In this document: piece after piece, positions 18,570 to 29,456 of the stretch
Layout of the letters: every line of letters begins with the position of its first letter
Position numbering within the stretch: the first letter of the stretch is position 1
Assembly: GCA_963773005.1 (NCBI GenBank)
Contig: CAVYZR010000007.1
Span: 31,891 to 95,890 of the forward strand
Source of the DNA: an uncultured Acidobacteriota bacterium
GTDB taxonomy: Bacteria; Acidobacteriota; Vicinamibacteria; Vicinamibacterales; 2-12-FULL-66-21
DNA: 64,000 nt
Reading direction: 5' to 3'
Notes under the pieces: generated by a model
The model's input: only the letters and a program-made list of their open reading frames with translations
Told to the model about the DNA's origin: nothing
The model's database searches: none
Translations under genes and position numbers: made by a program

Positions 18570-18878
18570 CTAAGTCGCTGCAGGCAACGGGTGCCTGGCT
18601 TCGGACTTACGAGCCCCGCAGCGGGCCTCGATCCGGAGTTCGTCGTCCTGCTGATGGAACTCGAAAGTAACGTCCGAGCCGCCCGCGTCGCTCGAAACGG
18701 TGGCGGCCAACGACTCGAGAAGAGCGACGACCTTCGACACATCGGCCGGCGCGCAACCCACGTATTCGGCCACCTTGACCGCGAGGTCTACGGCAACGGT
18801 GCGAAATCCGTCGGCGGCCGGCACTGACAGGCGCAACACCATCGTTGGCGCACCGGGCGCGCCCGGCGATTGAGGCAT
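18570..18878 (-). CDS. Hypothetical small protein
   Basis: MPQSPGAPGAPTMVLRLSVPAADGFRTVAVDLAVKVAEYVG... The start was chosen to avoid overlap with ribF; an alternative ATG is at 18842. The N-terminal pattern weakly resembles RsbW-like proteins, but the protein is too short to call. Confidence 0.4.
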   Translation of the reverse strand: MPQSPGAPGAPTMVLRLSVPAADGFRTVAVDLAVKVAEYVGCAPADVSKVVALLESLAATVSSDAGGSDVTFEFHQQDDELRIEARCGARKSEARHPLPAAT

Positions 18879-18888
18879 ACCGACGATT

Positions 18889-19830
18889 CTACAGCGAAAT
18901 GTGGCCGAACAGCCGTTGCGCAACGCGGCAATCGGCCTCGATCTGCGCGCGCAGGGCGTCGACATCCGGAAACGCCCGCTCGTCCCGCAAACGCTGCACG
19001 AACGACAGTCGCAGCGTCAACCCATACAGATCGCGATCGGTGTCAAAGAGATGCGTCTCGATGATCTGCCGATCGCTGTCGCCAAACGTCGGGCGGACAC
19101 CGATATTCGTAATCGATGGATGGACCACGCCGTCGATCGTCACGAGGGTAGCGTAGACGCCCGAGGGCGGCACGAGCTCGTTCTCGGTGCACACGTTCGC
19201 GGTCGGAAAACCGATTTCCCGGCCGCGGCCGGCACCTCGCATGACGGTGCCATCGACGAAGAAGTGGTGGCCGAGGAGCGCCGCCGCCTCGTCGACACGA
19301 CCCTCGGCGACCAGCCGGCGCACGCGCGTGCTGCTGACGACGAAGTCCTTGTAGCGGACCGGGTCGATCTTCTCGGCGCGAAAGCCATAACGCGCGCCAA
19401 GCGAACGCAGGACCGTGAACGTGCCAGCGCGGTCGTGGCCAAACAGGAAATTCGCGCCAACCCACACTTCGGCGACGTGCAGCCATTCGACGAGCACCGT
19501 GCGCACGAAGCGCTCGGGATCCCAGGTCGACAACTCGTGCGTGAAGTGGACGACTGCGACGCCCTGCATGCCGGCTCGGCCGAGCGCCTCGAGCTTCTGC
19601 TCGGTCGACATCAAGAGCGGCGGTGCCTTGTCCGGCCGCAGCACACGCGACGGGTGCGGATCGAAAGTCATCGCCGCGGGCGTTCCTGCCCGCTCGCCGG
19701 CGCGGCGCCGCACCCGGTCGATGATCTTCATGTGACCGCGGTGCAGCCCATCGAAGTTCCCGAGCGCGATGACCGGTTGATGCCAGCGCGGCGCGGGATC
19801 GTCGGGAAAACGGGCGATGTTCACGAACAC
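18889..19830 (-). CDS. ribF: Bifunctional riboflavin kinase / FAD synthetase
   Basis: VIALGNFDGLHRGH..., GFPTANV, and a C-terminal riboflavin kinase domain. An alternative GTG at 19824 would form a GTGA overlap with the upstream stop. Confidence 0.9.
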   Translation of the reverse strand: MFVNIARFPDDPAPRWHQPVIALGNFDGLHRGHMKIIDRVRRRAGERAGTPAAMTFDPHPSRVLRPDKAPPLLMSTEQKLEALGRAGMQGVAVVHFTHELSTWDPERFVRTVLVEWLHVAEVWVGANFLFGHDRAGTFTVLRSLGARYGFRAEKIDPVRYKDFVVSSTRVRRLVAEGRVDEAAALLGHHFFVDGTVMRGAGRGREIGFPTANVCTENELVPPSGVYATLVTIDGVVHPSITNIGVRPTFGDSDRQIIETHLFDTDRDLYGLTLRLSFVQRLRDERAFPDVDALRAQIEADCRVAQRLFGHISL

Positions 19831-20588
19831 TCCACCACCAGCCCATCATAGGCCAGCTCGACGCCATCAGGCAGGCGGGCCGAAGTGGCCGCGTGCGGGA
19901 GGTCGTGATTCATGTGGGTGAAGTAGGTCCGCTGCGCCGCAATGCGACGACTCGCCTCGATCGCCTCCTCGACGGTGAAGTGTGTCGGGTGCGGTTTGTC
20001 ACGGAGCGCATCAATCACGAGGACTTCGAGGTTTTCGAGCAACGCAAATGAGGAATCCGGTATCCGGCTGCAGTCGGTCAGGTACGCGAATGAGCCAAAG
20101 CGGAACCCAAGAATTGGCCGCCCACCGTGAAAAATGGGAATCGGCACGACTTCCTGCCGCCCGACACAGAACGGTCCCAGGATTGTGAACGTCACGATCT
20201 GCGGCAGCCATCCACCCTGCTCGGCCGGAAGCTCAAAAGCGTAGGCAAACGTCTGCCGTATCTCAGCGATCGTTCGTGCATCGCCATAGCACGCCAGCGG
20301 TTGGCCCTGCAGGATGTTGAAGCGCCGGACATCGTCCATGCCGAGGATGTGATCGGCGTGGCCATGCGTGAAGACGATGGCGTCGAGGCGGCGGATCCTG
20401 TGGGCGAGCGCCTGCTCGCGCAGATCGGGTCCAGCGTCCACCAGCACCGCCATCCCGCCGACGGTCTGGACGTAGATCGACGGGCGCCGGCGGCGATCGC
20501 GAGGATCGGCCGAGCGGCACGTGCTGCAGTCGCACCCGATCATCGGCACGCCGCTTGAGGTCCCGGTTCCGAGAAAAGTGATCTTCAG
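19821..20588 (-). CDS. MBL-fold metallo-hydrolase (PhnP/GPMP-like)
   Basis: LKITFLGTGTSSGVP...CDCSTC...THGHADH. The only plausible start is CTG at 20588, overlapping the DUF1844 stop as CTGA. The 485-aa track ORF extension is rejected. Confidence 0.8.
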   Translation of the reverse strand: MKITFLGTGTSSGVPMIGCDCSTCRSADPRDRRRRPSIYVQTVGGMAVLVDAGPDLREQALAHRIRRLDAIVFTHGHADHILGMDDVRRFNILQGQPLACYGDARTIAEIRQTFAYAFELPAEQGGWLPQIVTFTILGPFCVGRQEVVPIPIFHGGRPILGFRFGSFAYLTDCSRIPDSSFALLENLEVLVIDALRDKPHPTHFTVEEAIEASRRIAAQRTYFTHMNHDLPHAATSARLPDGVELAYDGLVVECS

Positions 20589-20872
20589 GGCTGGATGATC
20601 CGCTTCTCGTCCTGCTGCGCCTGAACGTAGCGCAACCGCAGGTCGTAGAGGAGGTCGTCGAGGAGACGCTCTTCCTCTCTGATCAGGTTGCCTTTGGTTT
20701 TCTGGTGCAGCATCGTCAGCACTTCGATGATGCGCTTCGCTGCGTCGAGATCGGCTGGACCCTTGCGGCCAGTCGCCGGATCGGGAAGATCGCCGAAGTG
20801 CACGGCAGCGGTCGAGGCCAGCGACAGCACGAAACCGGCGAATGTGAGGTCCGAGGGGTCCTGATCTTCCAC
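20585..20872 (-). CDS. DUF1844 domain protein
   Basis: 95 aa. FAGFVLSLASTAAVHFGDLPDP...AKRIIEVLTMLHQKTKGNL is the DUF1844 pattern. Confidence 0.75.
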   Translation of the reverse strand: MEDQDPSDLTFAGFVLSLASTAAVHFGDLPDPATGRKGPADLDAAKRIIEVLTMLHQKTKGNLIREEERLLDDLLYDLRLRYVQAQQDEKRIIQP

Positions 20873-20897
20873 GGCCGAATGCTAGCATAGTCCCCGC

Positions 20898-21779
20898 ATG
20901 GCCAAAGGAGTGCGGCGCAAGAGCACGACGGCGAAGAAGACGCCCGTGAAGACTCGGAAACCGCCGGCGGCACGCCGCAACTCTGCCGGCCGCGAGTTCC
21001 AGCGGCTCGTCGATGTCATGCGCCGGCTCCGCGGTCCCGGTGGCTGTCCGTGGGATCGCGAGCAGACGATTCACACGCTGCGACCATTCGTCCTCGAAGA
21101 AACCTACGAGGTGCTCGATGCAATCGACCGCACGGATCACGATGCGCTGCGAGGCGAAATCGGCGATCTGCTGTTCGAGGGCGTCTTCCTCGCCCAGCTC
21201 GAGGCCGACGACGGGCGCTTCGATGTCAGCGATTCCCTGCGCGAGGTCACGGCCAAGCTGGTCAGACGGCACCCGCACGTGTTTGGCTCGACGAAGGGCG
21301 TCACGACCGCGGGTCGGGTCCTCGAGCAGTGGGAAGAAATCAAATCACGCGAGCAGAAGCACGCCGGCCAGCCGCGCTCCGTCCTGCGCGGCATCCCCAA
21401 GGCACTGCCAGCTCTGCTGGGCGCGCACGAACTTGGCACGCGTGTCGCCGCGGTCGGGTTCGACTGGGCAAAGGCGAGCGACGTCGTGGCAAAGATCGAG
21501 GAGGAGGTTGGCGAGCTGAAGCAGGCGGTCGCCGGCGAGGGCGCGGCGCGGATCGAAGAAGAAATGGGGGATCTGCTGTTCGCGATCGCCAACCTGGCGC
21601 GGAAGCTCGGCGTCGAGCCGGAGTCGGCGCTGCGCACGGCCAATCAGAAGTTCAGTACGCGCTTCCAGGAGCTCGAGCGGCGCTTCGAGGCGGCGGGACG
21701 CTCGGTGCACGACGCGAGTCTCGAGGAGATGGAAGCGATGTGGGAGCGGGTGAAGGGCGGGACGGGCGACACTCGCTGA
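20898..21779 (+). CDS. mazG: Nucleoside triphosphate pyrophosphohydrolase MazG
   Basis: Tandem MazG domains: LRGPGGCPWDREQTIHTLRPFVLEETYEVLDAI and EEVGELKQAV...EEMGDLLFAIANLAR. Confidence 0.9.
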   Translation: MAKGVRRKSTTAKKTPVKTRKPPAARRNSAGREFQRLVDVMRRLRGPGGCPWDREQTIHTLRPFVLEETYEVLDAIDRTDHDALRGEIGDLLFEGVFLAQLEADDGRFDVSDSLREVTAKLVRRHPHVFGSTKGVTTAGRVLEQWEEIKSREQKHAGQPRSVLRGIPKALPALLGAHELGTRVAAVGFDWAKASDVVAKIEEEVGELKQAVAGEGAARIEEEMGDLLFAIANLARKLGVEPESALRTANQKFSTRFQELERRFEAAGRSVHDASLEEMEAMWERVKGGTGDTR

Positions 21780-21786
21780 AAGCCGT

Positions 21787-21855
21787 CACGGGCACGATCT
21801 CTTCACGATGGGCACGATGAGACGATGAGCACGATGACTCGATCACAATACGACG
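21787..21855. repeat. CACGATG-word arm (left) flanking the GxxExxY gene
   Basis: cacgggcacgatctcttcacgatgggcacgatgagacgatgagcacgatgactcgatcac... It is imperfectly complementary to 22250-22304. Confidence 0.7.
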
Positions 21856-22239
21856 CGCCTCAGGCCGTGCTTGAATAGGACAGAGTTAAAGTTCATCAGC
21901 AGGCCAACCCGTAGTTCGGTCGTCTTGAGGTATGAGAGGACTTGAGATTCGTGGAGCTTCTTTAGCTTGCACACTGTCTTGATCTACCAAGACCACCCCA
22001 TCGACAATCAGGTCAATCCGCTGCCCAGGAATCGTCCACTGCTTATAGCGAACCTCGACGGGCTTCTGACACTCGAATTTGATTCCGCGCGAGTCGAGTT
22101 CTAGGCAAAAAGCACGCTCGTAGATTGCCTCCTTGAACCCTGGACCCAATTCGCGGTGAACTGTGAGACCACACGCGACCACGCTGGTAATTACTTCCTC
22201 CTGTGCAGGATCCAAAAGCGGTTGCCTTTGCTTGTACAT
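21843..22239 (-). pseudogene. GxxExxY-family (PD-(D/E)XK-like) small protein with a +1 frameshift
   Basis: GGAG RBS plus ATG at 22239. LGPGFKEAIYERAF is the GxxExxY motif. After ...IDLIVDGVVL the frame breaks near 21984-21988. The +1 frame continues with the canonical tail IKTVCKLKKLHESQVLSYLKTTELRVGLLMNFNSVLFKHGLRRVVL and a stop at 21843. Total length is 3n+1. Confidence 0.75.
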
Positions 22240-22249
22240 GAGCACTCCT

Positions 22250-22304
22250 GGTGTCGTCATCGTGTCCATCGAGCCATCGTGTCCATCGTGTAATCGTCGT
22301 TGTC
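22250..22304. repeat. CATCGTG-word arm (right) flanking the GxxExxY gene
   Basis: ggtgtcgtcatcgtgtccatcgagccatcgtgtccatcgtgtaatcgtcgttgtc. Its reverse complement contains cacgatggacacgatgg, matching cacgatgggcacgatga in the left arm. Confidence 0.7.
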
Positions 22305-24846
22305 AGCGGACGGCCCAGTGAGGTCCAAGCGTCACGGCCCTGCCCCTCCACGTCCGCAGCTCCACCCTCTCGCCATCCGTATCCAGAATCACCGCGCCGT
22401 CCTCGGCGGTCGAGAACATCCTCGTGCCTATCGCTCGATAGCGCTCGACGACTACTCGCGCAGGATGTCCGAACCGGTTGTTGCGGCCGGCGCTGAAGAT
22501 GGCCACCGCGGGGCGTATGCGTTCGAGGAACTCAACGGTACTCGACGTCGCGCTGCCGTGATGCGGCGCCTTGAGCACCATCAGCGGCGTCGGTTCGAGG
22601 TGATCGAGGACGCGGCCTTCGCCCTCGCGGCCAACATCTCCCGGCAGAATCACTGAGACCTTCCCCATCCGGATAGCGAGCACGATCGAGTCGTCGTTCC
22701 TGACCCGCTGCCGTTCCCAGTCGGGCCGGGGCGGATGAAGCGTGTGAATGTCGACGCCGGATACGCGAAGGTGGTCATCGGCCCGCGCCGTCCTCCATTC
22801 AGCGCCGATGCGACCGGCGTCTTCGGAAAGCCAGCGGAGCGGCTCGTGGGGCGGAACGGCCACACCTTCCCAGATCGCGCGTGGGCGGAAGCTCCGCAAC
22901 ACGCTTCTCGCCCCACCGATGTGATCGGGGTCGGCGTGGGTCAGCACGAACGTGTCGAGCGAACGCACGCCAAAAGCACGGAGCGCGCGCGACACGATAC
23001 GCTCGCCGAGGTCGAAAGCGGGCCCGTCCCTTGGATCCTGGAGCGGAGCCGCAGGCAAGCCGCCGGCGTCGACGAGGAGGGCGCGGGCATCGGGAAGGAC
23101 GACCAGCGTCGCATCACCCTGGCCGACGTCGAGAAACACGATGCGCAACCAGCCAGGAGATGGCTGCGGCACGCCGTCGCGTGTCGCCCACTGGGGCGCC
23201 ACGACGATGACCGTGCCAAGGAGGGCCACGGCGGCGCCCGCACCGCCTTGCGCGCGCGTGGGAAGCAGCGACAACCCCAGGGCGCCGTAGTAGCCCGCAA
23301 GGAGGCTCCATGCGGGCGGCGCGATCTCGCGCGTCAGCCATGGCGCGTAGTCGACCAGACGGGCTGACTCGACGAGTCCCTTCGCGGCGGCGTGCACGAC
23401 GTAGCCGCAGGCTCGGGAGAGATCGGCGTCAACGTGCCATGCGCCGAGCGTCGCCAGCGACGCCGCCTGGACGACGGTCATCAACGGAATTGCTGCCAGG
23501 TTGAGGAGCAGGCCAGCGCAGGTTACACGGCCGAACAGCGAAGCGGCAATCGGCGTCAGCACGATCTCGGCGGCGATCGTCGCGGCCACCACTGCCAGCG
23601 CGCTCGCGGCGAGCCGTGCGAGTGCGGCACGCGGCCCCCGCGTAGGCTTCCTTTCTCGTCCAAAGACCGCGAGCAATCTCGGGACCCCGATCAAGATGCC
23701 GAGCGTCGCGCCAAACGACAGCAGAAAGCCAGGGTCGAATACCGCCATGGGCGATAGCGACAAGCCCAGGATTGCTGCGACTCCAAGGATGTTGATCGAT
23801 GGACCACGCAGTTCGAGCAGGCGACCGGAGAGAAACAGGACGGCCGCGGCGATCGCGCGGTCGACCGACGGCGCTCGTCCTGTGACCTGGCCATAGGCCA
23901 GCAGCACAACGATGGCGACGGCTGCGCCGAGTCGGGGCGGGACCCCCAGCCAACGCCCCAGGCCGAGCAGGATCAGGGTCAGAATCGCAATGTTCCCGCC
24001 GGAGATGGCGATGACGTGATACGTCCCGGCGGCCTGCAGGCGCTCCTCGTCGTCTTCCGCAAGACCCGTGCGGTCGCCGATCGCAATCGCGGCGGCAACG
24101 CCGGCCGATCGATCGCTCCACGGCGCGACCGTCGCCGCAAGAACCGATCGAACCCAGGCCCGGAACGAGGACGCCCATTCGTCGGGCGGTGATGCACTCG
24201 ACACCACATCGACCATCGCCGCGCTCTTGACCGAGCCGACCAGCGCGACGCCCCGCCTCTCCAGCGCGCGGCGCTCGTCCGGCACGCCAGGGTTCCGATA
24301 GACCGTCGGCTCGCGAAGCGACGCGGCCACCACCAACTCTCGGCCAGCCCGCCACTCCCCCATCGCACTCTGAGCCAAGGTGCCCATGACCGACAGCCGG
24401 GCTCCACCTCTCACCGCGCACGGGCCCCGCGCGACTAAACTCTGACCCTCTGTGTCGCAGGGCATGATCGCGCGGACATCGAGCGTCAGCAATACGCCGT
24501 TGGTGGTCAGCGTGGCATCCTCACGCAGGCGGCCACGGACCAGGACTGGACCTGCGGCTGACTGGTTCGCCTCGAACCACTCGTGAAGCGGCGAATGATG
24601 GGCTCGCGTCGACGCGTCGGTGCCCGACGAGACGCCGACCAGGATCGCGCCCGCGACGATGCACACCGTAGCTTCCGCCGTGGAGTCGGGGCCTAATGCA
24701 AGGGCCGCGAGAGTGGCGAGAAGCGCCAGGAGTGCCGACGCGGCAGTGCACACTGCGAAGAGGTGCGGCGCGTGGTCTCCAAGGGCGAGACCCGTCGCGC
24801 ATCCGACCGTGAGTGGAATGGCAAGGAGGGATGCCGGCGCGCGCAC
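22303..24846 (-). CDS. comEC: DNA internalization competence protein ComEC/Rec2 (with C-terminal MBL domain)
   Basis: 847 aa, multi-pass membrane core, C-terminal VFLDVGQGDATLVV...THADPDHIGG...APHHGS. Confidence 0.9.
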   Translation of the reverse strand: MRAPASLLAIPLTVGCATGLALGDHAPHLFAVCTAASALLALLATLAALALGPDSTAEATVCIVAGAILVGVSSGTDASTRAHHSPLHEWFEANQSAAGPVLVRGRLREDATLTTNGVLLTLDVRAIMPCDTEGQSLVARGPCAVRGGARLSVMGTLAQSAMGEWRAGRELVVAASLREPTVYRNPGVPDERRALERRGVALVGSVKSAAMVDVVSSASPPDEWASSFRAWVRSVLAATVAPWSDRSAGVAAAIAIGDRTGLAEDDEERLQAAGTYHVIAISGGNIAILTLILLGLGRWLGVPPRLGAAVAIVVLLAYGQVTGRAPSVDRAIAAAVLFLSGRLLELRGPSINILGVAAILGLSLSPMAVFDPGFLLSFGATLGILIGVPRLLAVFGRERKPTRGPRAALARLAASALAVVAATIAAEIVLTPIAASLFGRVTCAGLLLNLAAIPLMTVVQAASLATLGAWHVDADLSRACGYVVHAAAKGLVESARLVDYAPWLTREIAPPAWSLLAGYYGALGLSLLPTRAQGGAGAAVALLGTVIVVAPQWATRDGVPQPSPGWLRIVFLDVGQGDATLVVLPDARALLVDAGGLPAAPLQDPRDGPAFDLGERIVSRALRAFGVRSLDTFVLTHADPDHIGGARSVLRSFRPRAIWEGVAVPPHEPLRWLSEDAGRIGAEWRTARADDHLRVSGVDIHTLHPPRPDWERQRVRNDDSIVLAIRMGKVSVILPGDVGREGEGRVLDHLEPTPLMVLKAPHHGSATSSTVEFLERIRPAVAIFSAGRNNRFGHPARVVVERYRAIGTRMFSTAEDGAVILDTDGERVELRTWRGRAVTLGPHWAVR

Positions 24847-24934
24847 GGCACGCGCTCATGCAAAACCAGGAACGCCCTAGACTCGCAAGGATTCTCGAAG
24901 AACAGCGGCGACGGGCGCAGAAACTGCGCGCGCG

Positions 24935-28205
<3,271 letters not shown>

Positions 28206-28217
28206 GAAGAATCGTCT

Positions 28218-28299
28218 GGCTCAGGCTCAGGGCTCAGGCAAAACCTTCGAGAACTCGCTCGAAGATCTTACCTGAGCCTTGAGCCCTAAGCCTTGAGCC
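28218..28299. repeat. GGCTCAG-word palindromic element, family A copy 1 (carA-carB spacer)
   Basis: ggctcaggctcagggctcaggcaaaaccttcgag-aactcg-ctcgaagatcttacctgagccttgagccctaagccttgagcc. It shares a ~65-nt core with 56981-57077. Confidence 0.8.
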
Positions 28300-28304
28300 T
28301 CTTC

Positions 28305-29432
28305 CTAGGCTCTGCGTTCCATTTCATCCAGGAACTGCCGGAACAGATAGTCCGCATCGTGCGGGCCTGGAGCAGCTTCAGGATGATACTGCACGCAGAA
28401 TACCGGCTTGGTGTCGTGACGCAAACCCTCGATGGTCTGGTCGTACAGGTTCACGTGCGTCACTTTCAGATCCGACGGCAGGGTTTTCGGGTCAACCGCG
28501 AAACCATGGTTTTGCGACGTGATCTCGATCTTGCCGGTCTCGATCTCCTTGACCGGGTGGTTGGCGCCGCGGTGGCCGAACTTGAGCTTGTAAGTGTCGG
28601 CGCCCATGGCGAGCGACAGGATCTGATGTCCAAGACAAATGCCGAAGACTGGGACATCTGCCTTGACCAGCTCGCGGGCGTTGCCGATCGCATAGTCGAG
28701 CACGGCCGGATCGCCGGGCCCGTTGCTCAGAAATACTCCGTCCGGACCCGTGGCGAGCAAGTCCGCCGCGGGCGCCTCGGCCGGGAACACGCGGACCTCG
28801 CAGCCGTGGGCCGTGAACCGCCGCAGGATGTTCCACTTCATTCCGTAGTCATACGCCGCGACCTTGAGCGGCCGCCGGGCGCGACGCTCCGGATCGGGTG
28901 AGAACTCGTCGAGTGTCTTGGGGTCAGGCTGCCAGTCGAAGGCGGCGTCGCAAGTAACTCCGCGGACCAGGTCCGATCCCTCCATCGGGGTCACGTCGCG
29001 CGCCGCATCGACGAGGCGGCGGGGATCGACGTCGCCCGTCGCGATAATGCCGCGCATGACTCCGGCCGACCGCAGAATACGCGTCAGCGCGCGGGTATCG
29101 ATGTCGGAGATGGCGACGATGCCGTGGGTGGTGAGGTAGTCGCGTAGCGTACTGTCCGCCCGCCAGTTGCTGGCGACCGGGGACTGCTCACGGATGATGA
29201 AACCGGCGACTTTGGGGGCGCGCGACTCACCGTCCTCGTCGGAAATCCCGTAGTTTCCGATCTCGGGGCAGGTCATCGTGACGATCTGCCCAGCGTAGGA
29301 TGGATCGGTCAGGACTTCCTGGTAGCCAGTCATGGCCGTGTTGAACACGACCTCGCCGCCAGTTTCACCGGCGGCGCCAGCCGACTCCCCTTCGTACCAC
29401 GTGCCGTTTTCGAGCGCGAGTGTGGCCTTCAA
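28305..29432 (-). CDS. carA: Carbamoyl-phosphate synthase small subunit
   Basis: (M)[16 protein letters not shown]...[25 protein letters not shown] and the glutaminase domain GICLGHQ. TTG start at 29432. Confidence 0.95.
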   Translation of the reverse strand: MKATLALENGTWYEGESAGAAGETGGEVVFNTAMTGYQEVLTDPSYAGQIVTMTCPEIGNYGISDEDGESRAPKVAGFIIREQSPVASNWRADSTLRDYLTTHGIVAISDIDTRALTRILRSAGVMRGIIATGDVDPRRLVDAARDVTPMEGSDLVRGVTCDAAFDWQPDPKTLDEFSPDPERRARRPLKVAAYDYGMKWNILRRFTAHGCEVRVFPAEAPAADLLATGPDGVFLSNGPGDPAVLDYAIGNARELVKADVPVFGICLGHQILSLAMGADTYKLKFGHRGANHPVKEIETGKIEITSQNHGFAVDPKTLPSDLKVTHVNLYDQTIEGLRHDTKPVFCVQYHPEAAPGPHDADYLFRQFLDEMERRA

Positions 29433-29435
29433 TCG

Positions 29436-29456
29436 CTAATCCCTAATCCCTAATCC
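29436..29456. repeat. CTAATCC x3 heptamer repeat bridging the kinase-like gene stop and the carA TTG start
   Basis: ctaatcc ctaatcc ctaatcc. It encodes the last residues (ERIRD-stop) of 29443..31926 and ends 4 nt from the carA start. Confidence 0.85.

Noticed and set aside
19821-21278. 485-aa track ORF suggesting a long N-terminal extension of the MBL hydrolase.
   Set aside because: The extension overlaps the well-supported DUF1844 gene in another frame and is Arg-rich nonsense. MBL homology starts at LKITFLGTG.
29436-29456. CTAATCC x3 as a telomere-like or functional repeat.
   Set aside because: There are only three units, within a chromosomal gene junction. I record it as one more low-complexity spacer, not as a telomeric feature.
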